DNA of 64,000 nt from Octopus sinensis. Lineage: Eukaryota. The notes beneath the pieces are model-generated. The model was not told where the DNA came from. It did not search any database and worked only from the letters and a program-made list of their open reading frames with translations. This document shows positions 1-11,519 of the stretch, one piece after another. Position numbers and translations under genes: made by a program. Numbering within the stretch: the first letter of the stretch is position 1; every line of letters starts with the position of its first letter. The stretch is from NCBI RefSeq assembly GCF_006345805.1, contig NC_043009.1, positions 57,474,001 through 57,538,000 on the forward strand. Reading direction: 5' to 3'.

Positions 1-122
1 AAGGCAAAGTCAACTTTGAACTCAGAATGAGAGGAACCGGAATAATAAACAACGAGGCACTCGAACGACTTTGTCATTCCACCTGCTAGGCAGGTGACCT
101 CTGTTGCATAACTCTATAATGT

Positions 123-138
123 TATGTATATATGCATG

Positions 139-172
<34 letters not shown>

Positions 173-361
173 TGTATGTTTGCATGCATGTATGTATGTA
201 TTTAAGTATGTATGTAGTATATTTGTATGTATGTATGTATGTATGTATGTATGTATGTATGTATGTATGTATTTAAGTATGTATTTAAGTATGTATGTAG
301 TATATTTGTATGTATGTATGTATGTATGTATGTATGTATATTTAAGTATGTATGTATGTAT
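123..361. repeat. (TATG)n microsatellite
   Basis: Directly visible tetranucleotide run; explains ORF 132..404. Confidence 0.95.
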
Positions 362-501
362 TCGTTTCTTTTTGTATCTGTTATTTATTATTGATCTTCG
401 ATAAAAATGAAACTGTATCCCTTAATTTGCTGCTTTTCTATACACAAACCGAGAAGACATCTTGCGGAACAGTGATTATTTTAACGAGATACATTTTGTA
501 A

Positions 502-606
502 TCACCTGAGGAGACACATCTACACCGACGGTTACTCCCCAAACCAGTCGTTTAGTATCTCACACGTGGGGGATCGAGGCTGGATGAGTCGAAACAATTG
601 TAGTGA
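502..606 (+). ncRNA. Type I hammerhead ribozyme motif (Penelope/retrozyme-like)
   Basis: Stem I TCAC(502-505)/GTGA(603-606); core CTGAGGA(506-512); stem II GAC-A-CATCT/GGATG-A-GTC with a long insert; GAAAC-AATT-GTA (palindromic stem III ACAATTGT, GUA triplet 600-602). Confidence 0.75.
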
Positions 607-939
607 ATAATAAATATTCTCGCATATTTCATCTTCCGTCTCTCTTATTAAATCAAATATAAATGTAAGTTGTGTGTGAATGAGAAGGTGAACATGGCGT
701 TTAAAATCTGTAGAAGCTTTTCTTTCTTCTCAGTTCTATCACTCTTCCTTCTCATTCATCCATCATTTCACTCTCATTATGGGGGCCCGTTGTTTGCAAC
801 GACTGTCCGTGTATCTTCGAGAATAGCAATCCTTGTTGCAATCATAACAGAAAAAACATTAGTAGTCTGAGTCATCTTGTGCTTTTCGCTTTTAGTCTAT
901 TAATACTCAAACAATTTCAATCGTCCTCCGTTTTTATTT

Positions 940-3130
940 ACCCTTGTATTTATATTACGTCTCCTGAATAGATAGTTTGGTTTCTTTTCCACGCATCCCT
1001 TTATCTCAGGTAGGGACAGTCTATTGGACAGGATTTTCACATATATTAGCTTTAAGCACATGACATTTGCCTAGACTGCGTATTTGACCAAAACTTTCGT
1101 GGGCGACGTCCACTGGACATTGCAAATATGGTCTAAGATCCTCTTTTGCCGACCACCTCAAAGTAGATGACCTTGTCTTCCGATGTGGTGTTCAAGATTT
1201 TGCGAGGACTTTTCAAGAGAACTGTATGTAAATTTTTCTCTTATCTAACATATATCGGTTATGTTTCACCAGGTTCACTATCGTGTAAGACAGTGTCGAG
1301 TGCACAAGTACTCAACATTTACCTATAAAACTTCAACTTGCTTAACCTCTGAGTTGAGAGAGAAGTTTGATATGATTGAGCTTAGATATCTCATATCTAC
1401 CATTTCGAACGTGGAGCCACTAATGCAAATAGAAGCAGTATGTAAAATATTTTGAGCCATAGCAACAGTTTTCTTTCTGCTGATGGTTGGGAAATTGCTC
1501 TATGATACACAGAAGGCCAACACGCGGATGATAAACGATAGCAGCATCGTCTGCAAATACAATCTCCCTGAGAAAGACAAGAGTTATTTTAGTCTTGACA
1601 CGCAGACGGACTAAGTTGCAAAAGTTACCGTCGTGTCGAGTGTAAATGTATATGCCACCAGAGGAATACGGGAAGGTACAGGTCGGAAGCAGTTAGAAGA
1701 TGCTAAAAAGATAGTTGACCAAGCAAGCAGCCCTGCTTGACTCCAGTGGGGACTAAAAAATATTTGTATGGATCGCCGTTGAAAGTAATGAAGCTTTTTA
1801 TATCGATGTAGAATGGCTTAACTACGCCGCATAATTTTCATGGATAGTCTTGTCTCTGGTTGGCTGAAGAGCTCGGCGACTGTCAAGATCCACAGTTTTT
1901 GTTAAATCAGAAAAAGCAAGGTACAGTGGTTGAAACGCTTCCCTAAATTTATCATGGTGTTATCTCCCAGAAAATATAACAATGATAGATTTACTGCAAT
2001 CAATAGCAGTTGACACATTTTCAGAATATCTCCTGAGAATTATCCCGAGATTTCCTTTGTTTAAATTTTGTTGCTTAGGTTTTACGTTTAACGAGAGCTT
2101 GTCTTCTGGATTGCACCGACTCAACATTTGAAGTTTTAAAATATTTCAACAAAAGAATGAAGTCTTCTGAATGCTGTAACTGGGACATGAATAATTCAAT
2201 GCAGTTCATCGATGTAAATGTGAAACTGATAATTATTTTTGAAACCAGAGTTAAGTGAGAGGCAGTTGGCTGCCAAGCGGTTTATTCCGGTGTTGGAATT
2301 GAAACGAAGACTTCAATATGAGTAGAAGATAGTTCTGTCATTGGTAAGAAAGATGTACTGACTGCAATTCCATCGCCATGCTCCCTTCTATCAATTGATC
2401 CTATTCCTCCCAGAAGAAGCTACACCGTTTTTCTAGTAGTTACCCAGTTATAAGCCTTGATCTTGAAGAATGGTAATGTCCTCAATTAACTATATGAGTT
2501 GAAGAACAATATCACCTGGTTTGCCTTTGCCTTTGTCTTCGATTAGTTTTAGATCATCTGTGAAATGTTACACTGCGGTTCAAAAACTCGACCTTGCCAC
2601 TCGAAGTGTTGGAGACTCCATAGAATGTTTCCATCTGTTTTACATTCCAATTATTAAGAATAAACAGTTTAGGATCCTTGACCCCCAAAAATATGTAGAC
2701 TGTGGCGGATCAGCACCTTTCTGGTTAGAGGATACCCAACTTAAAATGAGTGGTAACTAACCAGAGGAGCTGCAATGCCTCTTGCCATAGATAGAAACCA
2801 GTTTGGCATCCTTGTCTATGCTAAGTCAAACAGAACATATCCTCCGTTCTGATAGGCGGTGAGCTGGCAGAAACGTTAGTAGGCCGGTCGAAATGCTTAG
2901 CAGTATTTCGTCTGTCTTTACGTTCTGAGTTCAAATTCCGCCGAGGTCGACTTTGCCTTTCATCATTTCGGGGTCTATGTAATCGACTTAATCCTATTGT
3001 ATGTCCTTGTTTGTCTCCTATATGTTTAACTCCTTGTGGGCAATAAAGAAATAAGAACATATCCTCCGTAACTGTTGTCTTCTGTGTAAAGCTTTTGTCT
3101 CACAAAGATGGAGTGTCATCTTCAGGGCAA
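940..3130 (-). mobile_element. Highly decayed RTE-clade LINE (reverse transcriptase remnant)
   Basis: Minus-strand translation gives DKFREAFQPLYLAFSDLTKTVDLDSRRAL (~1870-1955) and FLREIVFADDAAIVYH (~1530-1577), which match RTE RT motifs (LYLAFIDLTKAFD, LLFADD). Many stops; boundaries approximate. Confidence 0.7.
2855..3053 (+). mobile_element. tRNA-derived SINE family A (GGCGGCGAGCTGGCAGAA head) with TSD
   Basis: A/B-box-like head and GTCGACTTTGCCTTTCATC body; 16-bp direct repeat AGAACATATCCTCCGT at 2832-2847 and 3054-3069. Confidence 0.9.
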
Positions 3131-3344
3131 CTCTTTGCCAACTCTCAAAAAAAAAAAAAAAAATAAATAAATAAATAAAAAGAAGGAAAACAAGAGCCTG
3201 GTGAGTACTTCGTTAGGTGTGGGTCAAGATATTTTTCTCAACTACATTGATATATTCCAAAAGAAAGCAAAGGTTGAATTTCTGGTATTAATTTAGTGAC
3301 AGGTGCCGAACAGACATATCTTATCACCTACGGGACGCTCCTAT

Positions 3345-3485
3345 ATTTCGGTGAGGGTTCATCCTTTCGGTGTCGATAAAATAAGTATCGGGGTCAATCT
3401 ACTGGGATCGATGTGTTGAGGTCGATGTAATCGACTTAACCCCTTCTCGAAATGCTGGTCTTGTGCCTACATTTGAAACCAATAT
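3345..3485 (+). mobile_element. SINE family A, 3' fragment
   Basis: TTCATCCTTTCGGTGTCGATAAAATAAGTA...GTCGATGTAATCGACTT matches other copies. Confidence 0.7.
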
Positions 3486-3874
3486 TTCTGTCAGATTTGT
3501 CTCCCTTAGTTTGTGCTATCGTCAACACTCAAAAGGCAACGAGTGTATTCAACTCATAAGGGGTTGGGTGGCGACAGTTTCACAGGCACTAAAGTGTGTC
3601 ACACACCAGTGACTTACATGTCACATATCTGAAGTCAGACCACCGCTAAAGGAGCCCCAACCCTGACTGTTTGACTCCAACCGAAAGCATAGAGATGCGT
3701 TTTTGATGATTTGGGCAGTCCTATCAAGAAATTCTCTTGGCCCTTCAGTTGCTTTACATGGCAGAGTTAACGCCAAGGACCAAGTACTTTTGCTTACCAT
3801 TTCCATCCTATCGTAGAAATATAGTTCCCTCATAGGAATCTTCCAAGACAATAACACGTTGATTCTCCTGCTAA

Positions 3875-4085
3875 AGGCGACGAGGTGGAAGAACCATTAG
3901 CACGCCGGACAAAATGCTTAGCGGCATTTCGTCCGTATATACGTTCTGGGCTCAAATATTGCCGGGATCAATTTTTTACCTTTCACCCTTTCGGGATCGA
4001 TAAAATAATATGTCCTGGGGTCTATCTAATCGACTTAACACCTCCCCAAATTTCCTGGCTTTGAGCCAAGATTTGAAACCAATGT
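3875..4085 (+). mobile_element. SINE family A
   Basis: Diverged full-length copy of the element at 41913-42142. Confidence 0.8.
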
Positions 4086-4801
4086 CATTCGAAATTGGTA
4101 CGAAGAACGCAAAAGTGAAAGAGAAAACTAGGATTGGCCCCTACAATTATCAGACCTCAATGTAATTTTGCAAGGACTCCTGTTAACATATGTCAACTCG
4201 AGGAGTAACTAACTAGGGTTAGTTTCTAGGGAGGCTACGCATTGGCAAAAGAAGGTCTACGTATAAGGCTCTCTATTTCGCATTTCTGCTACCAAGAAGG
4301 TTACCGTTACATAAACCAGCCACAGTGACACACAAGGTTCGTTATCATAGCAGCCAAATGGGGTCACTAGCGGCACTAGAATAAAAATAAATCGATAAAA
4401 TCGATTAAATGACTGCAATAAGCACTCGGGGGCAATATAATCATCTCAAAACCTTTGATGATGTTGCCCCAGCATGACCGCAGTCCATTGGTTTAAACCA
4501 ATAAAAGAAATAAAACAATTCAAGAATAAAAGAATTAAAGAATAAGGGAATTAAAATAATATAATCACATCTGTATAACAATGGCTCAACAATAGCTGTA
4601 CGAGACACCAGTATAGCTGAATGTGACAGGCTGACTTCGCTACTGCAAGTACGCGTGTACTTATTTCACTGAACAACAACGATGACAACTTTTGCGGACA
4701 CCACCCCCTACTCACTGACACTACCACCATATCTATGTAAACACTTCACGTAAACAAGATGGAATATATACATACATACATACATACATACATACACACA
4801 C

Positions 4802-4832
<31 letters not shown>

Positions 4833-5395
4833 ATAAATGATAATTATATATATAATACGCATATATATTTATGTCTCTCTCTCTATATATATATATACGT
4901 ATATATTTATATATACGTATATGTATGATAGATTGCCGTCAATTCATTCTCTCTTACCTGTTTGTGTCTGCCTTCCAATTGCTGTTTTTACTGAGATCTC
5001 CCTTTTTAGTAGAAGAAATAGCTATAACTCTTTGACTGCTATTTCTAAATTCGGTATGTGGTAAGGCAATTCGTTGCTAAACCCTTTATTGCTTGTATTA
5101 CTTAAATTTTCCTCGAATGAGGCTTTTACATGCCGAAGACTACTTGGTGTAATTGATAATTATTCCAAATTAATTAATTTCACCCTTCATTATTACGGAT
5201 ACCATATTTTATCTCAGTAGATGACCAGCATCTTGTTTTGGCTACACGCGGTTGGAAGGGCTGGTGACACAATCGTTTCATTCACAATTGATTCGGTGAT
5301 ACTAGTTGCGGATTCTAGCTCGCTCTGATACTGAGTTGAGTTGGTGCCTTCTAGTATCTCAAAATTCAATATATAATCATTTATGATTATAGTAT

Positions 5396-5501
5396 TCTAC
5401 GCTGAAGAGAAAAGAAGTTTCGGTAAGATAGAATTATTTAATATTTAATATTAATTCTTATGCTTTCCTAAAAACTTGATTTCGAAACGTACGTCCGTAG
5501 A
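5396..5501 (+). ncRNA. Type I hammerhead ribozyme (array copy 1)
   Basis: Stem I TCTACG(5396-5401)/CGTAGA(5496-5501); CTGAAGA(5402-5408); extended stem II GAAA-AG-AAGTTT/AAACTT-GA-TTTC; GAAAC-GTAC-GTC with palindromic stem III ACGTACGT; GUC at 5493-5495. Confidence 0.85.
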
Positions 5502-5984
5502 TAACTTAAAAATGTATGATAGATTGCCGTCAATCATTCTCTCTTACCTGTTTGTGTCTGCCTTCCAATTGCTGTTTTTACTGAGATCTCCCTTTTTAGT
5601 AGAAGAAATAGCTATAACTCTTTGACTGCTATTTCTAAATTCGGTATGTGGTAAGGCAATTCGTTGCTAACCCTTTATTGCTTAGTATTACTTAAATTTT
5701 CCTCGAATGAGCTTTTACATGCCGAAGACTACTTGGTGTAATGATAATTATTCCAAATTAATTAATTTCACCCTTCATTATTACGGATAACCATATTTTA
5801 TCTCAGTAGATGACCAGCATCTTGTTTTGGCTACACGCGGGTGGGAAGGGGCTGGTGACACAATCGTTTCATTCACAAATTGAATTCGGTGATACTAGTT
5901 GCGGATTCTAGCTCGCTCTGATACTGAGTTGATTGGTGCCTTCTATATCTCAAATTCATATATAATCATTTATGATTATAGTAT

Positions 5985-6089
5985 TCTACGCTGAAGAGAA
6001 AAGAGTTTCGGTAAGATAGAATATTTAATATTTAATATTTAATTCTTATGCTTTCCTAAAAACTTGATTTCGAAACGTACGTCCGTAGA
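5985..6089 (+). ncRNA. Type I hammerhead ribozyme (array copy 2)
   Basis: Same motif: TCTACG CTGAAGA ... TTTC GAAAC GTAC GTC CGTAGA; GUC at 6081-6083. Confidence 0.85.
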
Positions 6090-6507
6090 TAACTTAAAAA
6101 TGTATGATAGATTGCCGTCAATTCATTCTCTCTTACCTGTTTGTGTCTGCCTTCCAATTGCTGTTTTTACTGAGATCTCCCTTTTTAGTAGAAGAAATAG
6201 CTATAACTCTTTGACTGCTATTTCTAAATTCGGTATGTGGTAAGGCAATTCGTTGCTAAACCCTTTATTGCTTAGTATTACTTAAATTTTCTCGAATGAG
6301 GCTTTTACAGGCCGAAGACTACTTGGTGTAATTGATAATTATTCCAAATTAATTAATTTCACCCTTCTCATTATACGGATAACTATATATATATATATAT
6401 ATATATAATATTATATAACTATATATATATATATTATATTATATATATATATATATATAATATATATATATATACATTTATGTATATATCGTATTATATA
6501 TGTCTCT

Positions 6508-7160
6508 TTTATTCTTGTTTCAATCTTTGGACTGCGGCTATGCTGGAGCACTAACTTGAGATTTTTTTTAATGGAACAAACCGGTTCCAGTACTTTTTTT
6601 AAAGTTGAGGCATCATATTGAGGCATCATATTGTTGGATTAGTCGAACAAATTGACCCTAGTTTTAATTTTAAGCCCGGCACTTATTTTAACGACACTTT
6701 TGCCGAACCACTAGGATACGGGGACACAAACCCACACCGATTATCAAGCTTTGGGGTTGCAAGCACAAAAACACACATTACATACACATACATACATGCA
6801 TGCACACACATACATATGTACGAGTGGATGCTGAAAGTTCCTGGCATTAAGGGCGTCGCGAAAGGCTTGGTTGGAGGCCTAACATTCCAAGTCCTTTTAC
6901 AGGGCTTAGAAAAATTGAAGGACCGCTACAATAAGTGCGTGAATTTGGGAGGGGAATACATCATAAGTAACTGATCCTCCTGTAGTCTCTTTTACTCAAA
7001 GCCAGGAACTTTTCAGCACTCCCTTGTATGTATACGATGGGCTTTTTCACAAAGTTTTCGCTGACCTGGGTCTATAGGAGAAGAGCGTTACCAAAGTACT
7101 GTGTAGTCGGACCGAACTAAAAACTACATGGTTGCGAAGCGGACTTCTTAAGCATGCAAC
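6508..7160 (-). mobile_element. Old SINE family B copy interrupted by a mariner MITE
   Basis: Tail GACTGCGGCTATGCTGGAGCAC near 6530; decayed head at 7030-7160. Confidence 0.65.
6821..7026 (+). mobile_element. Mariner-derived MITE (~210 bp)
   Basis: TA flanks; TIR CGAGTGGATGCTGAAAGTTCCTGGC / GCCAGGAACTTTTCAGCACTCCCTTG; retains a transposase C-terminus (GLEKLKDRYNKCVNLGGEYI); three copies in the window. Confidence 0.85.
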
Positions 7161-7200
7161 CATTTTCAATTATGAAATTCTATTCCATAACCAAATACAT

Positions 7201-7540
7201 ACTCTTTTACTTGTTTCAGTCATTTGACTGTGGCCATGCTGGAGCACCGCCTTTACTCGAGCAAATCGACCCTAGGACTTATTCTTTGTAAGCCTAGTAC
7301 TTATTCTATCGGTCTCTTTTGCCGAACCGCTAAGTTACGGGTACGTAAACACATCAGCATCGGTTGTCAGGCGATGTTGGGGGACAAATACAGACACACA
7401 AACATATATCAAATCCACTCACAATGCTTTGGTCGGCCCGAGGCTATAGTAGAAGACACTTGCCCAAGGTGCCAGGCAGTAGGACTGAACCCGGAACGAT
7501 GTGGTTCGTAAGCAAGCTACTTACCACACAGCCACTCCTA
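7201..7540 (-). mobile_element. tRNA-derived SINE family B (GGAGTGGCTGTGTGGTAAG head, CORE-like CCTTGGGCAAGT, (GAGTAAAA)n tail)
   Basis: Reverse complement of 15196-15602. Confidence 0.9.
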
Positions 7541-7983
7541 AGCCATGATTAGTTTTTTAGCTCCAAAATGTTCAACCATTTCTATCCTAGACATTTCTCT
7601 TCTCATCAAAGATTGATTATCCTTCGATTTTGGTGTATGACGTCATCCACCCACATAACCTACACTTATGACATAAAGAAATCCTTTAGTGATCTCTTTC
7701 TCTCTCTCTCTCTCTTGCTCGCTCTCTCTCTCTTTGCTTCTGTCTATCTACCTGTCATCTGTCTCTCCTATACTCTTTCACTTTCTCAGTTACTTCTTTA
7801 TAAAAACCTTGGATAGTTTTAAATATCGGTGAGGAATAGGCAAGGTGTGGTATTACTTTTGAACACTGTTCTATACTGTTATATGCGTGCAGCCTCTCTG
7901 AAATTTCTCAGACAATTCCATATGCTCTGTGACACGACCTCACCGCAAAGGCTAGCCTGAGAAAATTCTGAGAATCTGCGACG

Positions 7984-8038
<55 letters not shown>

Positions 8039-8749
8039 GGTATGTATGTATGTTGTATGTATGTATGTATGTATGTAGTATTATTATGTTGTATGTATGT
8101 TATGCTGCACTGTATGTATGTATGTAAACATTAGAACTTCTGCAACGCATAGAGTAAACACCAAACTTCGCAGATTCCTCACCAAACTTAGAAAGAAAAT
8201 AATAAAATATAAAGAATCGGCGAAGAACTGAAGAAGCACTTGAGAATCAAATCGTCTGCTTCAGAGCTGACATCATCTTTATATGGACATCTTCTATTGA
8301 TAAGTATATCTAAATACGTCAGTTTGGTCGCAAGGTTAAGATTTAACTTAGACTTAGGTTAAAAACGAAAGATCTCCAATCCGGTAATACGTATAGATCC
8401 AGCACAAAAATTTAAGAAGCAAAAAAAAAAAAAAAAAAACGTGCTGGAGGAGGGAGTGGTTGAATAAAAGAAAAAATGTCTTGGTTTATTGCAAATCAAA
8501 AGGTTTGAACTTTATGCTGAGTAAATATTAAACAAAAAAAAAAAAAAATACAAAAAAAAAAACAAAACAATTTCCTAATCTCGCATTAAAAAAAAAAACA
8601 GAAAAAGAGGTTAATAGTAGTTCCAAAAAGTAAGAATAACAAACAAAAAAAAACACAACATAAAGAGAAACAATATTAACAATAATATAATCATATCATC
8701 ATCATCATCATCATAAAAATTCTAGCTATATGAACATTACCAATCGCAC

Positions 8750-8752
8750 CAT

Positions 8753-8797
<45 letters not shown>

Positions 8798-8817
8798 CAT
8801 GCCACCACCACCACCAT

Positions 8818-8865
<48 letters not shown>

Positions 8866-8888
8866 CATCCCCCCACCACCACCTCAAT

Positions 8889-8921
<33 letters not shown>

Positions 8922-9012
8922 GACTACTACGACTACGACTACTACTACTACGACTACGACTACGACTACTACTAACTACTACAACCACCATCCCACCACC
9001 ACCACCACCACC

Positions 9013-9048
<36 letters not shown>

Positions 9049-9125
9049 TCAACCGCCGTCGCCGCTGCACCACCACCACCACCACCACCACCACCACCAC
9101 TTCCCCTCCACCATCACCATTACTA
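8750..9125. repeat. Compound (CTA)n/(CCA)n/(CGACTA)n microsatellite
   Basis: Directly visible. Confidence 0.95.
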
Positions 9126-9565
9126 CCAGTAGCAATAACGACGACGACGATAACCACAAGAAGAACAATAACCACGCTAAAAGATTGGGCGACAAAATAC
9201 TACGCAGATTGTAAAAGCTTTATAGAAAAATGGAAGCGGAGCAGATTGCGCGCAGAGCCACATACATACATACACTCACACACGCACACATACGTACGTA
9301 CGTACATACACACATGCATGCACACGCACATCCATCCATCCATCCATCCATCCATCCATCCATACATACATACAAACGCACATATATACATACAAAGACA
9401 CACACATACATACACACATACATGCATACGCACATCCATCCATCCATCCATCCATCCATACATACATACATACATATATACTAACACACATAATATACAA
9501 CGTTTGTGTAAGCGACCGAGTGTTATAATACATACATAAAGATATATATATATAATATATATATA

Positions 9566-9598
<33 letters not shown>

Positions 9599-10011
9599 AA
9601 TATATATACATAAATATATATATATATATATTATATGATATATATATATATATAATATATATTATTTATGTATATATATGTGTGTGCGCATGTTGCTTGG
9701 CGATACATGTGTATATATTATATTTGTGCGCTTGTATATATGTAAAGGCATGTGACTGTGTGCGTGTGTTTGTGTGTGTGTCTGCGTGTGTATTTGTGTG
9801 AGTGTGTGTGTGTGTGTTGTTGGTGTACTGTGTTGAACCAAAAGTAACCAGTTCACCGAATTATTATCTCTGTTATTACAAAAGTTCATCTGCACTCTCT
9901 TCGCTTCCTTCCGTGTTTAAGGTATTCCATATTTGCTCTCCTCATCATCGCTTTCCTCATCTCTTCCTTAAATACTAACCCACTAACCCGCTTCATTTCT
10001 ATCCGTCCATC

Positions 10012-10012
10012 C

Positions 10013-10100
<88 letters not shown>

Positions 10101-10198
10101 GTCTGTCTGTCTGTTTGTCTGTCTGTTTTGTCAGTCTGTCTATCTGTCTGTCTGTCCATCAGTCTGTCTATCTGTCTGTCTGTTTGTCAGTCTGTCTA

Positions 10199-10242
<44 letters not shown>

Positions 10243-10290
10243 ACTGCCTGTCCGTCTATCTGTCTGTCTACCTGTCTTTCTCTCTGCCTC

Positions 10291-10347
<57 letters not shown>

Positions 10348-10475
10348 TTTTCTGTCTCTCTATCTTTCTCCCTGTCTGTCTGTCTGTCCATCTGTCTGTC
10401 TGTCAGTCTAGTTTTCTGTCTGTCTGTTTTCTGTCTGCCTCTCTGTCTGTGTATCTGTATGTCTATCTATCTCTC
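10012..10475. repeat. (TCTA)n/(TCTG)n microsatellite
   Basis: Directly visible. Confidence 0.95.
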
Positions 10476-10479
10476 TGTT

Positions 10480-11252
10480 CGAGGTAGTTAGTACCGTTGG
10501 CGGCACAATTCTCCCAACGGTGTCTCTTCCCCTGCTGGTGGCACAACCCCTACCGGCAAGGTTCCGGGACATTCCGGTGCTATGTCACCGACTGCCGGCA
10601 ATGTCCCGTTTTTCTTCCTCTTCCTCTTTTTTCCCTCTCAATTGATGGAGGGTGAGTCTCCTCCGTGACTGAGAGATTCACCTCCCCCACCCTCATCCCC
10701 AGGATCCTTCGGTGAGTACCACTGTTGCCCACCTTCTTCCTCTTGCGGCCCTTCCCTGAGGAGTCCTCCGTCTCCTCAGCCGCTTTCGTTCCCTCTTCTA
10801 CAGAGGTCTCAATTGACTGCTCTAGGACTCCGCCTTGCTCCCGAGAACAGTTCTTCTTTATATGGCTAGGCTCCAGGCACCGATGACACCTGGGGGGTGG
10901 GGGTGCGACCCTCAAGAATCACCGGGTACCTGCACCCGGCCATTTTCAAAATATCTGGCATAACCAGATTCATGGCTGATTGGGTCCACAGGGTCAAACC
11001 AGCTTTTCACCCAACCCAATCAGCCTTCACATTGAGGAGCCTGGCTCCGCCGCCACCAAGACCTCGACGGATAGTATCCTCTATCCACTGAGGTTCAATT
11101 CCGGGTGGAAAGCCGCAGACCCAGGCCCTCAACGGGCTGGCTCGCAAAACTGCAAGCCTCATCTGGGGTATCAAACAGCAACCACACCGTTGCATGTTTG
11201 ACCCCTAGAGAAATATTTAATGTTGGCAGATGTTCCCCGCCAACTCCTGCTC
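10480..11252 (-). pseudogene. LINE ORF1 (Tx1/L1-like, zinc knuckle) fragment, copy left of the gap
   Basis: CCHC knuckle RCHRCLEPSHIKKNC, preceded by RAWVCGFPPGIEPQWI and followed by a Lys/Arg/Glu-rich tail; frameshifted. Confidence 0.65.
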
Positions 11253-11352
11253 NNNNNNNNNNNNNNNNNNNNNNNNNNNNNNNNNNNNNNNNNNNNNNNN
11301 NNNNNNNNNNNNNNNNNNNNNNNNNNNNNNNNNNNNNNNNNNNNNNNNNNNN
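11253..11352. other. Assembly gap (100 N)
   Basis: Run of N. Confidence 1.
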
Positions 11353-11519
11353 CTGTCTGTCTGTCTGTCTGTCTTCTGTCTGTCTGTTTTTTCCTGTCTC
11401 TCTGATCTTTCTCCTGTCTGTCTGTCTGTCCAGTCTGTCTGTCTGTCAGTCTGAGTTCTGTCTGTCTGTTTTCTGTCTGCCTCTCTGTCTGTGTATCTGT
11501 ATGTCTATCTATCTCTCTG

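Larger units (their letters stand above)
4921..6381 (+). repeat. Tandem array of ~590-bp units (2.5 copies); each complete unit carries a hammerhead ribozyme
   Basis: ATGTATGATAGATTGCCGTCAAT recurs at 4921, 5512 and 6100; units are nearly identical; the array is flanked by (TA)n on both sides. Confidence 0.92.
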
